A stretch of DNA of 64,000 bases. Source: Candidatus Moraniibacteriota bacterium (lineage in GTDB: Bacteria; Patescibacteriota; Minisyncoccia; Moranbacterales; UBA2206). The notes beneath the pieces were generated by a model. The model was given only the letters and a program-made list of their open reading frames with translations, had not been told where the DNA came from and ran no database searches. Every line of letters begins with the position of its first letter. The first letter of the stretch is position 1. The position numbers and the translations under genes were made by a program. The DNA is taken from assembly GCA_026396175.1 (NCBI GenBank), contig JAPLXG010000013.1:1267-65266 (forward strand), read 5' to 3'. This document shows, piece by piece, positions 36,853 through 46,070 of this stretch.

Positions 36853-38247
36853 TTACGTCTTTTTGGCTATTCTTACCAGCTTATCCTTTTCAACCAAAAC
36901 AATATTCTTTCTTTTTTTCGCCAACTTTTTCATATCTAGCGTAAAACCGCTCTTGCTGAATAATATAAACTGCTCCTTTCGACTTGCATTGTTCCAATCA
37001 ACATTTCTGGCCTTATTTTCAAGCTCAACAAAAATATTTGTCCCCACTTGCCTATTTGACCATTTTACTTCGCCAAAAATAATTTCCTTCGTTTCTTGAT
37101 TGAATCCAACAATATCAATCTCATTGCTATCATTCCACCATCTGCCGACATATTGAAAGTTATTCCCCATATTCCGCTGCGCCCATTCGCCAGCGATTTC
37201 CTCATAATTTCTACTAACCAATTCTGCAATATTACTTTTGATAATTTTCACAACTTCGCCCTGACTTCCCTCCTCGATCAATTGCTTATTGCGGAAAATG
37301 AAACGAAACCAAAACTCGAAAAAATTATCCGAAATACGATAAAACCCTTTGCGACTTTTTTCGGGAATTTTTTCAGTGATAGAAATTTCTTTTTGCACAA
37401 TCAATAATTGTTGCAAGACCGCAAGATAGGAAGAAATTGTCGCTTTGTCAAAGCCGGTATAATTCATTACTTCCGATGCCTTTCTTTTTCCAAGAGATAG
37501 TCCGAGCAAAATGGAAAAATAGTTTCTTGGCTCTCTAAATTCTTCTCTTAAGAGAAAATCGACCTCTTCATACATAAACTGTTCTTTTGAGAGCATTGTG
37601 CTTTCCATTACTTTCCAAAAATTTTTCCTACCTAAAAAATTCTTTAAGTAGGTGATTGTTCCGCCAACAACCGAATAAATCATCAATCTTTCCTCAAAAC
37701 TTTTTTTCGGAAAAATATCTTCAAGTTCAAAAAAAGAAAACGGGCGAACTAGAATTTGCCCGGATCTCCTACCATATAGTGGCGCACCATATATTAGAGT
37801 GTGCTTTTCCATCATGCCAATACTTGAACCGCACAAGATGAGATAGACCGGAGACTTGCTCAGATATAGGTCCCAGCCTTTTTGAAAAACTGATGGAATT
37901 GCCGGATCCGCATCCACCAGATAGGGAAATTCATCAATGATGATAACTATTTTTTGTTTTTTTTGCGCAATGTATCTAAATAACTGCTCCCAATCTTGGA
38001 AGCCATATTCTGACACATAGGCATCCTTAAAAAATACGCCTACCTCTTGCGATATTTTTTGTAATTGCAATTTCGGATCTAGACGTTCGGCTAGGTGAAA
38101 GATAGTCGGCTTATTTTTAGCAAATTCTAAACTTAGGGCTGTTTTCCCCACCCTTCTTTTTCCATACATAATAACCAAATGACTGCCCTTTTCCTTCCAC
38201 CAGTCATTAAGCGCTTTTAGCTCCGATTTTCTGTTATAAAACTTCAT
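36853..38247 (-). CDS. ATPase (Arch_ATPase/PF01637 plus DUF234, COG1672 type)
   Basis: 464 aa. Walker A YGKRRVGKTAL. Walker B VIIIDEFPYL. C-terminal DUF234-like part. Confidence 0.75.
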   Translation of the reverse strand: MKFYNRKSELKALNDWWKEKGSHLVIMYGKRRVGKTALSLEFAKNKPTIFHLAERLDPKLQLQKISQEVGVFFKDAYVSEYGFQDWEQLFRYIAQKKQKIVIIIDEFPYLVDADPAIPSVFQKGWDLYLSKSPVYLILCGSSIGMMEKHTLIYGAPLYGRRSGQILVRPFSFFELEDIFPKKSFEERLMIYSVVGGTITYLKNFLGRKNFWKVMESTMLSKEQFMYEEVDFLLREEFREPRNYFSILLGLSLGKRKASEVMNYTGFDKATISSYLAVLQQLLIVQKEISITEKIPEKSRKGFYRISDNFFEFWFRFIFRNKQLIEEGSQGEVVKIIKSNIAELVSRNYEEIAGEWAQRNMGNNFQYVGRWWNDSNEIDIVGFNQETKEIIFGEVKWSNRQVGTNIFVELENKARNVDWNNASRKEQFILFSKSGFTLDMKKLAKKRKNIVLVEKDKLVRIAKKT

Positions 38248-38411
38248 TTTAGTATAATTTAGATTAGTATAATTTAGATTATACTAAATATTTTACTCCT
38301 TCCCTGCAAATTGTCAAGGACTTGTATCATTAATACAGTTATTTTCTCAAGCTACCAAAAACCCTCTCAACTCCATTTTACGTCTTTGATTTTATTAAAA
38401 AGTCAGCCAAT

Positions 38412-39326
38412 TCACTCGTGCTGAAAAACTTTCCCTTGACTTCCCAGTTCGTCAACCGCTGCGAAAATTAAATCCGTTATCCATTTATTCTTTTCAAGAT
38501 TTTTGGATTTAGCTAAATTATCTTTCACCCAAGCTAATGCTTCCTCATGAGAAAAGCCCCTGCGTTCTTTAGCCGCTTCATATTGATCTAGGACGATCAA
38601 AACCCGACGCTCGAGGGCATCGACATAATTCTCCAAGATTCCGATAGTCCTGGTTTCATGCGAAGTTTTGTCCTTTTCGTTTAATTCATAGGGATCAATG
38701 TCATGATCAATGTGATGCGAACCGGCGATGATCCTGGTGTTCTCACTCAAACCTTGCGGATACTTTTCCAAAATATCATGCGTCCAATAGGCGTGCTTAT
38801 CCCAAAATTGCTGCATCGTAGTTTTTCCGCCAATTCCATATTTTTCCAACATACGCTGGGCAGATTCGAGTTCGCCCGTCTCAAAAAGTTCTCTAATCTC
38901 TTCTGTCACTAATAATTTGGTGTCACGGATATTTTCATGGGCAAATATTTTTATGATCATCTCCTGCTCCTGCGGAGTCGCTTCGGCCGGGCCGGATTTT
39001 CCGATATCGTGCAAAATAGCTGCCCTAAGCACCTCGAGACGCTGTTCGTCAGAGTGACGCAATTCCGGATATTGTTCAGAGTAACGCTCTTTCAAAAGAT
39101 TAAACACATTCCCGATCCCCTGCTTAATCTTCCGCGAATATTCATTAAATCGTGACCCTTTTTCAATCCGGATCATCCGATCAATCACATCTTCATGCAA
39201 CACTTCGCAACAACCAACCCGCTCCAGGCTAGCGAGCACGTTTTTGCGATCAGTCTCGTCTTTCCACTCCTGCTCACTGGTTTCTTCCATTGTTTCTGGT
39301 GTTTCAAACATTTTTTTGATTGGCAT
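38412..39326 (-). CDS. HD domain phosphohydrolase
   Basis: 304 aa. AILHDIGK (His-Asp doublet) and IIAGSHHIDHDIDP. Confidence 0.65.
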   Translation of the reverse strand: MPIKKMFETPETMEETSEQEWKDETDRKNVLASLERVGCCEVLHEDVIDRMIRIEKGSRFNEYSRKIKQGIGNVFNLLKERYSEQYPELRHSDEQRLEVLRAAILHDIGKSGPAEATPQEQEMIIKIFAHENIRDTKLLVTEEIRELFETGELESAQRMLEKYGIGGKTTMQQFWDKHAYWTHDILEKYPQGLSENTRIIAGSHHIDHDIDPYELNEKDKTSHETRTIGILENYVDALERRVLIVLDQYEAAKERRGFSHEEALAWVKDNLAKSKNLEKNKWITDLIFAAVDELGSQGKVFQHE

Positions 39327-39399
39327 CAGGCCTTAGATACTTATACCTCGAAATTGTTTTCCTCTTCCATCCTACCCCAAATCCATGCTTTCGTAAACC

Positions 39400-39470
39400 C
39401 TGGCGCCTTGAGTAAGTTTAATTTTCCCAAGGGCATATTTTGACAAAATTAAGGCGCCAGGGTAAAGAAA
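39400..39470. promoter_or_regulatory. Perfect 12-bp inverted repeat CCCTGGCGCCTT (47 nt) AAGGCGCCAGGG just upstream of the HD gene
   Basis: Lies between the terminator of the upstream gene and the HD gene start. Candidate operator. Confidence 0.35.
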
Positions 39471-39499
39471 AAAGGGGTTATCCATAATGCGGATAACCC
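39463..39499 (-). terminator. Intrinsic terminator (minus strand): 10-bp stem GGGGTTATCC/GGATAACCCC followed by TTTTTTCTTT
   Basis: Perfect stem with a 7-nt loop. U-tract on the minus strand. Confidence 0.6.
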
Positions 39500-39532
39500 C
39501 CTTGTTAAAACAATGTTCGAACCAGTTATGTT

Positions 39533-39991
39533 TTAAGCCTTGGCCGGTTCATCTCTGGTAACTGCTCTGGCAAAAAAATCAATCAGCTCTTTCCCTGCAG
39601 AGGGCATCTCTCCAGCCAAAATCCTTGCCTCGTTTTCAATACTGTCCAGGTGCTTCATATCCGCTCTCCCGGAAAAATGTATTGCGCATCGGCAAAATTT
39701 AATCAAATCTTCAGTGGTACCGAAGAACATTAAATCTGAGACTTTGGCAAGCACAAACATTTTGTCGTGCCGAATTTTCTGTTTCAAATGAATTGTCAGA
39801 TGCGGTGACTTCATTGACGAAATAGATCCCAACAGAATCAACGGAACCATATTGAGTCGCGAAAATTCCGGCTCAATTTCTTTGCGCTTACATTCTGTTT
39901 CTTTTAGCCAGAACTCAATATCAGTCATGAGACAGAAAATTGAATAGACTGGCCAGAAAAAAATTGCTCCGGGTTTATGTTTTTGATTCAT
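39533..39991 (-). CDS. Hypothetical protein
   Basis: 152 aa. No recognisable motif. Confidence 0.4.
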   Translation of the reverse strand: MNQKHKPGAIFFWPVYSIFCLMTDIEFWLKETECKRKEIEPEFSRLNMVPLILLGSISSMKSPHLTIHLKQKIRHDKMFVLAKVSDLMFFGTTEDLIKFCRCAIHFSGRADMKHLDSIENEARILAGEMPSAGKELIDFFARAVTRDEPAKA

Positions 39992-40242
39992 GCCTCCCTC
40001 CTTAATTTGTCGATATCGTTCCTCATCCTTTGCGCGAGGGCATCTTTCTTTTTCCCGGTAGATGATTTGACCAGCTTAAATCCAAAAACAATAGGAGCAA
40101 TCATGACTGCAACTAACGCGAACGCCATGACCGTTTTCCAAAACCCTAAATAAACAAACCCGACGATAGCCCCTACAATAAACGGAGCGGCCATCAGAAA
40201 CACGCCCAAAACAAAATATCTGTTAATCTGTATTTGATTCAT
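39988..40242 (-). CDS. Small two-TM membrane protein
   Basis: 84 aa. Confidence 0.4.
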   Translation of the reverse strand: MNQIQINRYFVLGVFLMAAPFIVGAIVGFVYLGFWKTVMAFALVAVMIAPIVFGFKLVKSSTGKKKDALAQRMRNDIDKLRREA

Positions 40243-40375
40243 CGCTTTTTCTCCCTTTTTATGCGTTTATCTCAAGAATAGCCCAAAAAACCTATTCGGT
40301 TTTTAAGTTACTGTGAAGTTAATTTGTAGCATGAATCGGAGAGATAGTCAATTGCCGGTCAAGCATAACCACAAA

Positions 40376-41230
40376 CTACCGATTGAACAAAGTTGCAATA
40401 TCCGTCTTTGGGGTAATCCGCAATCTTTCCAGTAATAGCGGATCATCCTTTAGGCTTGAGATTCCCGAATTGGTCGTCACTGCCGTTTGATAGTTAGCAT
40501 TTTTTACTTCCTTGGTAACGGCGTCAGTATATTTGCCGGAAGGATAACAAAAGTCCGTGATTTCTTGACCTAGTTTTTGGGTCAAAATTTCCCGGCTTTC
40601 TTGGATTTCTTTTTCTAAATTTGCTGGTGTTAAATTCCGCAAATCCGGATGCGTCAGTGTGTGCGAACCAAACACCATCCCGGATGCCTGCATTGTCAAA
40701 ATTTCCTCCCAAGTCAAATAACCCGGCGTGCCGATTTTGTTAACGATTAAATAGAACATTCCACTCATTTGATATTTTTGCAGTAGTGGAAACGCACTGT
40801 CAAACGCATCTTGATAGCCATCATCAAAAGTCAAAATAATCGGTTTAGCGGTCATCAAATTTGGCGCTTTGAAATATTCAGGAAAAACCGTTGCATAATT
40901 ATTTTCCTTGAGCCACTTCAAATGCTCTTCAAATTTTTGCGGAGGCACTGAAAGATTTTCGCCAATTGGATCCGCCGAGTTAGCATACGCTCGGATATAG
41001 TGATACATAAAAATCGGAACGGCCGCAGGAATCGTCCCCGTTGATTCGGTCGCCTCTTCGGCGACTCGTGAGGATACTGCTGGAGAGCTTTGAACATTCT
41101 CAATCTTCTGCTCGCTTTTTTGCACAGCGCTGTTTTGTTTTCCTTTTTTTGTGAATTGAAAAAATAGAAAACCAGCCGATAAAACTATCAAGAGAAATAT
41201 TCGTCTAAAAATTTTTGCTTTATTTGGCAT
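40376..41230 (-). CDS. Polysaccharide deacetylase (CE4 / NodB homology domain), secreted
   Basis: 284 aa. Signal/TM. TFDDGYQDAF and HTLTHPDL motifs. Confidence 0.8.
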   Translation of the reverse strand: MPNKAKIFRRIFLLIVLSAGFLFFQFTKKGKQNSAVQKSEQKIENVQSSPAVSSRVAEEATESTGTIPAAVPIFMYHYIRAYANSADPIGENLSVPPQKFEEHLKWLKENNYATVFPEYFKAPNLMTAKPIILTFDDGYQDAFDSAFPLLQKYQMSGMFYLIVNKIGTPGYLTWEEILTMQASGMVFGSHTLTHPDLRNLTPANLEKEIQESREILTQKLGQEITDFCYPSGKYTDAVTKEVKNANYQTAVTTNSGISSLKDDPLLLERLRITPKTDIATLFNR

Positions 41231-41345
41231 AAGCTAACTATAAGACAATTGATGGAAAAAATCTAATTTTGGAAAAATCAAAAAACCTGCACAGTCATTG
41301 CTATTACGCCATCATTCATCTAAAATTAAGTTATAATCAAAATAT

Positions 41346-42119
41346 TTGCAAAAAATAATGTCTATCGGCGCAATTATCATCGGACTTCTGACCGGTTTCA
41401 TTTCGGCTTTTTTTGGCATTGGCGGTAGCAGTATCGACACCCCGCTCTTGCGTGTTTTTTTGCATGTCCCTGACTACATCGCGCTGGGCAGTCCCTTGCC
41501 CACAGCTCTGCTCACAATCGCAATAGCGCTCACCGTCTATTGGAAAAAACATTTGGTCAATTATCACATTCTCAAATGGAGTCTCGCCGGAGGAATCCCC
41601 GGCATAATTTTCGGCGCATATTTGTCGGGAAAATTTTCCGGACTATTTTTGATGCTTTTTAGCGCCTTGGTTTTGTTTTTCGTCGGAGTGAACTTTGTCT
41701 ACAAAAGATTCCGCAGCGCAGAAATTAATCAGAATTATCAAGCCCAAAAACCAATAAGCGCGAGCTATATCATTTTCGTTGCGTTTATCGCCAGTAGCAT
41801 CTCCGGCATCCTCGCCAACGGTGGCGGACTCCTGCTCATCCCGGCCTATGTTTTGCTTTTCAAACTGAAAATAAAAGAAGCGATTGCCACTTCTCTTTTA
41901 ACCGTAGCGGCAATGTTCATCCCCGCTTTTTTCATCCACTATTCCCTTGGCCACATCGACCTTGGCATCAGCGTGGCCATGGCGATTGGCGTCATTCCAA
42001 TGGCCTACATCGGCGCAAAAACCAATCTCGAAACAAAATCCAACACCATCCAACTACTTTTCGGCCTAATGCTCATCATCTTTTCCATCTACTTTTTTAT
42101 CTCGCAACTTTGGGGATAA
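41346..42119 (+). CDS. TauE/SafE (DUF81) family sulfite/anion exporter
   Basis: 257 aa, eight TM helices. FFGIGGS and GGGLLLIPAY motifs. The start may be the Met at 41358. Confidence 0.8.
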   Translation: MQKIMSIGAIIIGLLTGFISAFFGIGGSSIDTPLLRVFLHVPDYIALGSPLPTALLTIAIALTVYWKKHLVNYHILKWSLAGGIPGIIFGAYLSGKFSGLFLMLFSALVLFFVGVNFVYKRFRSAEINQNYQAQKPISASYIIFVAFIASSISGILANGGGLLLIPAYVLLFKLKIKEAIATSLLTVAAMFIPAFFIHYSLGHIDLGISVAMAIGVIPMAYIGAKTNLETKSNTIQLLFGLMLIIFSIYFFISQLWG

Positions 42120-42422
42120 AAAAAATCCCCCGTCCATTGGTTGGGCAGGGGTTCTAACATCGCTGTGTCAGGTTGGGGGACGAAGCTACATCGCTCCGTA
42201 AACGGCAGTCACAAAAAAGCTTGCTCCGACTATCAGCCGGAATAAATTAAAATTCTTCAAACTTTTTCACCTCCTTTCAAAAAAGAACTGCATAAGCAGA
42301 AAAAGAATTAAAAAAACAAAAACACCTAGAATTAGGTATTTCAATTTTTATTCTTTTCTAATTATTTACTAAGTTTTGCAGAGGATTGATGTAATAATCA
42401 ATCCTCATGATTTTGAGTTTAA

Positions 42423-42517
42423 TGGTGGCACCACCTGGACTTGAACCAGGAATCCTTCCGCCTAAGCCAGAGTGCTCGTAGCCTTACGAAATGCTCTACC
42501 GATTGAGCCATGGCGCC
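42423..42517 (-). tRNA. tRNA-like gene with encoded CCA and a greatly expanded anticodon region (identity undetermined)
   Basis: Acceptor GGCGCCA/TGGTGCC. D arm GCTC-AATCGGTA-GAGC. T arm CCTGG-TTCAAGT-CCAGG. The anticodon stem (TTTCG/CGGAA) would enclose 26 nt instead of 7. Confidence 0.45.
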
Positions 42518-42539
42518 ACAATAAACTTAAACTTTAGGT

Positions 42540-42625
42540 TGGAACTATCGAATGGATTTGAACCATTGCCCTGCTGGATTTTTTGGTTAATTGCCAGCCG
42601 CTCTACCAAGCTGAGCTACGATAGC
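42540..42625 (-). tRNA. tRNA-like gene with encoded CCA and a 16-nt anticodon loop (identity undetermined)
   Basis: Acceptor GCTATCG/CGATAGT. D arm GCTC-AGCTTGGTA-GAGC. Anticodon stem GCTGG/CCAGC enclosing CAATTAACCAAAAAAT. Variable loop AGGGC. T arm AATGG-TTCAAAT-CCATT. Confidence 0.5.
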
Positions 42626-43009
42626 ACACTACCTAAATTTCTGGGAAGAGTTTTAGTTCGGCGGGGTGGTCCCGCCGCAGACAAAAAACTCAGGTGTCCG
42701 ATAATACGGAAAACTCGTTCCCAGAGAATGGGATTTGGGAGGGGGTGGAAAAAACTAACGTAACCTTCTCCCCTCTTGACTCTATTCGAAAACCCTTCTC
42801 AGCCAAAGGCTCCAGGCAAAACATCGAAATCAAGCCAAGACCAACGCCAAAGATGTCTATTACAACAGTCACCGCGCGGGTGACCTATCGACGAATCCTT
42901 GGGTCAGTTTTATTGCTCCCAAAACTGTCAAAGATCAAAACTTAACAAACAATTTGACTAAAATACCTTAATATTGCGAAATATTAAGCTACCTTACTCG
43001 CAAATCATT

Positions 43010-43585
43010 CTAGCGCTTTGTGAAAAATATGTCAACACTCCGCACAACATCCGGCAATTCCAGGCAAGAATCCTCACCTTCAATCGCCCCGGAAAAATGC
43101 TTGGCATTGTGCTTAATTATTATTTCTGCATTAAGCTTTTCCCTGAAAATATCCGCGTATTTTAAATCTACATAGGGATCATCATCGGAATGAATCGCCA
43201 CGAATCCATTTTTTGATTTGGTTTTAATTTTTTCCAAATCAATCGGCGTTTCAAAAAAATTTCCAATTTCATCAAATCCCACATTTTCATTAAATCCTGC
43301 CACAAAAAACACGCCCCCAACTTTTTCATCTTCTTTTAGGTTTTCCAAATAACGCATAATCGTCGCACAACCAAGACTGTGGCCAACGAGAAACAACTCT
43401 TCATCTGGTTCGCCAACCACCTCCTGCAATTTCGGCACCCACTGATTCATTTTGGGCAAATCCGTCTCCGGAAAAGCCGGCACCTCAACCTGAAAACCTT
43501 TCCCCTCAAGTTCTTTTTTCACCCAAGGATACCAGCAATACTGCGGATAGCCTCCCCAACAATGGACGATAATAGCTCGTTTCAT
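43010..43585 (-). CDS. Serine hydrolase, RBBP9/YdeN (PF06821) family
   Basis: 191 aa. FLVGHSLGC nucleophile elbow. Conserved Asp and His near the C-terminus. Confidence 0.75.
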   Translation of the reverse strand: MKRAIIVHCWGGYPQYCWYPWVKKELEGKGFQVEVPAFPETDLPKMNQWVPKLQEVVGEPDEELFLVGHSLGCATIMRYLENLKEDEKVGGVFFVAGFNENVGFDEIGNFFETPIDLEKIKTKSKNGFVAIHSDDDPYVDLKYADIFREKLNAEIIIKHNAKHFSGAIEGEDSCLELPDVVRSVDIFFTKR

Positions 43586-43627
43586 AAATTTAGATATTTT
43601 GCAGTTCTATTGCGTCTTTGATAATTT

Positions 43628-44506
43628 TTAATGCTCAATGCCAATTTTCCAAACACCTTTTTCTAAGAAAGCTTCGATGGTTTGACGAGTCGCCTTGTTA
43701 ATCAGACTTGAATGTGAAAACTTGTTACTTTTGGCATATTCAACTAGAGTAATAATTTTTTTACCTTCTAGATATGCCAACCGCTTATGATAACTATTAG
43801 TCAAAGCTTTGCCCACTATTTCCTCCATAACATCAGTTGCGCCTTTCGCATCAAAATCTCGAAACGCTTCGTAGTATTTTTGCCGATCAATAAATTTTAT
43901 ATTTATTGGCACAAACCCTTCCCTGATTAGCAAATAATTATTAACGGCCCGTCCGATTCGGCCATTGCCATCACAAAATGGATGCGTATGCTCAAAAGCC
44001 AGATGCAATCTTGCTATGCGCTTAATAATATTTTCATGACTCTGAGCATTATATTCGGACAGCATTTTTTCCAAACGCTCTATGACCTCTTTCGGATTGG
44101 GCGCGATATGACTACCCACACGCACAAACTCATTTTCCGCTCTAAATCTTCCGGCGATATCATCACGAATATTGCTCAGGAGCATTTCGTGCAACGTTAA
44201 AATCACAGGAAGCGTCAGCTCTTGCTCTTTAGCCTTTTTGTCAATATACGAAACAACTCGTGCCAAATTCTTAGCTTCAAAAATTTCTCGCTCGCTAATG
44301 AAGCGATCCAAATCAATTTGCAAAAGTATCTTTTCCGTTTCTTCAAGCGTAAGCGTGCTATTTTCAATAGCATTGGAATTATAGACTTGCTCAGCCACTT
44401 CCGCCTCGGAAATAAGTTGAATAAGCGCTTCTTTCCCCGTGGAAGCTTTATAATACCGCTCGCGCAACGAGCTTATTTTATTGTACGCATTGAGTGTTTT
44501 TGTCAT
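43628..44506 (-). CDS. Fic family protein
   Basis: 292 aa. HPFCDGNGRIGR Fic motif. Confidence 0.8.
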   Translation of the reverse strand: MTKTLNAYNKISSLRERYYKASTGKEALIQLISEAEVAEQVYNSNAIENSTLTLEETEKILLQIDLDRFISEREIFEAKNLARVVSYIDKKAKEQELTLPVILTLHEMLLSNIRDDIAGRFRAENEFVRVGSHIAPNPKEVIERLEKMLSEYNAQSHENIIKRIARLHLAFEHTHPFCDGNGRIGRAVNNYLLIREGFVPINIKFIDRQKYYEAFRDFDAKGATDVMEEIVGKALTNSYHKRLAYLEGKKIITLVEYAKSNKFSHSSLINKATRQTIEAFLEKGVWKIGIEH

Positions 44507-44567
44507 ATACTAGTATTATACGCTTTTTCACGGTTTTGTCAACATAACCGTGAAAAATACCAAAAAA

Positions 44568-45230
44568 TCATACATTTTCACGGTTTTGACCATTGTTCAC
44601 CTTGAACATTTTTCCATGGCCAGGAATTATATAATCAGCAACTGCTAGCAGTTTTTTTCTGCTTTCAATCAGATCTTCCATATTCATTCCCTTGGCGTGA
44701 GAATGATCTTCCTTGTTCGTATCAACCACTTGCGCTTCACCGTCAACCCACCAAATAACGTCACCCGCGATAGCAACTTTGCCTTGCGGGGTGTCAACCA
44801 AAAGCGAAAGATGTTCAAGCACATGGCCTGGCGTTTCAATGATTTCAATATCTTTGCCTAGCGCATTTTTATCGAACACCGTCAGCAAGTCTTTATCATA
44901 GATTAAATTAGAATCGAAGGTGACGTACTTCGCTTTTTCAAAAATACCCGCAAGCAAAATATGGTCAGGATGGCAGTGAGACAAGAAAACGTAATCGATG
45001 TCATCTGTGGTCAAGTTCTCACCGTGCAATGCTTCCAATAATTGTTGACGATTGCATCCCGGATCAGTGATTATTTTTTTGTCGTCAGTCGTGATCAAAC
45101 AAGTAGTCGAACTGGCTATCCAACCATTCTCAAGCTCTTTTGCATATCCTTCGATTAAAACTTTTATTGTTGTCATAGCGTTTAGGAAAAAACTCTTAAA
45201 AATTCGTTGTTTTCGCACTAGGTAAGTCAA
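44568..45230 (-). CDS. MBL-fold metallo-hydrolase
   Basis: 220 aa. LSHCHPDH, and a downstream PGH motif. Confidence 0.75.
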   Translation of the reverse strand: MTYLVRKQRIFKSFFLNAMTTIKVLIEGYAKELENGWIASSTTCLITTDDKKIITDPGCNRQQLLEALHGENLTTDDIDYVFLSHCHPDHILLAGIFEKAKYVTFDSNLIYDKDLLTVFDKNALGKDIEIIETPGHVLEHLSLLVDTPQGKVAIAGDVIWWVDGEAQVVDTNKEDHSHAKGMNMEDLIESRKKLLAVADYIIPGHGKMFKVNNGQNRENV

Positions 45231-45340
45231 AAATGGCAGATATTTGATGTTATCGGATGTATTGTTCTTTTGCAGATTTCTTCCTTGTTAAAATGCTTTT
45301 AGGGGGAGGAAAGAATTTTATCTTTCCTTTTAATTTTGGT

Positions 45341-45508
45341 TTATCTAAACCTTTTTAGTTTAAAGAACATTTGAGTTATTATTCCAGCTACCATCATCAC
45401 TGCTCCGACAATAGTAAGTATCTGTGATTTATTGCCGAAATATATCGCACCTAACAGTCCAATAATCATAGACACGTTTGCAATATTTTTAATTCCTCGT
45501 TCTGTCAT
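45341..45508 (-). CDS. Small hypothetical membrane protein (55 aa)
   Basis: MTERGIKNIANVSMIIGLLGAIYFGNKSQILTIVGAVMMVAGIITQMFFKLKRFR. Read by hand. Confidence 0.3.
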   Translation of the reverse strand: MTERGIKNIANVSMIIGLLGAIYFGNKSQILTIVGAVMMVAGIITQMFFKLKRFR

Positions 45509-45577
45509 AATCTCCTCCTTTCTCCTCCCCTAAAAGCATTCTAATCTTTTATTCAATTATTCAAGGACAAAATTATT

Positions 45578-45982
45578 TTATTTCTTGTTTTTAACAAAGA
45601 ATTTCAGATCTTTTACCGTTTTTTCTGTCAGATCATAACTGAAAACTTTCTCTAATGACACCCATTCAAAATCCGCTCCTTCGCCCAATTTCATTTCATC
45701 CTTCCTTAGATCACTTTCGACATAAAAAATATGCCTATAAATATTAAGTTCCTCGTTGAGATAATCGCATAAATAAATAACCCGATCTTCGGATATTTCA
45801 ATATTCAACTCCTCCTTCATTTCCCGCGTAAATGTTTCCTTGGGTCTTTCGTCTTTCTCTCTTGTTCCTCCAAAAAACGCCCAGGAATTGGGATTGAACT
45901 TTGTATTTGAATCACGTTTGTGCAATAAAACGGAATTATTTTGTGGATTATATAGGAATCCGCCTGACCAAAATTTTTCCAT
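45578..45982 (-). CDS. NUDIX hydrolase
   Basis: 134 aa. NUDIX box GGTREKDERPKETFTREMKEELNIE. Confidence 0.75.
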   Translation of the reverse strand: MEKFWSGGFLYNPQNNSVLLHKRDSNTKFNPNSWAFFGGTREKDERPKETFTREMKEELNIEISEDRVIYLCDYLNEELNIYRHIFYVESDLRKDEMKLGEGADFEWVSLEKVFSYDLTEKTVKDLKFFVKNKK

Positions 45983-46070
45983 AAAAAATAAATTTGAGAC
46001 GCAAATTAGATAAGAAAGCCAAAAATCATTACGAGCAGTTTAACGCCAACCATTATTACTTCCACCATTC

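Noticed and set aside
42491-42945. Plus-strand ORFs 42491..42763 and 42694..42945 overlapping the tRNA genes and the following spacer
   Set aside because: They run antisense through two tRNA-like genes and have no domain-like sequence. The region was also checked for tmRNA and SRP RNA features (T-arm GGTTCRAATCC, SRP domain IV) without success.
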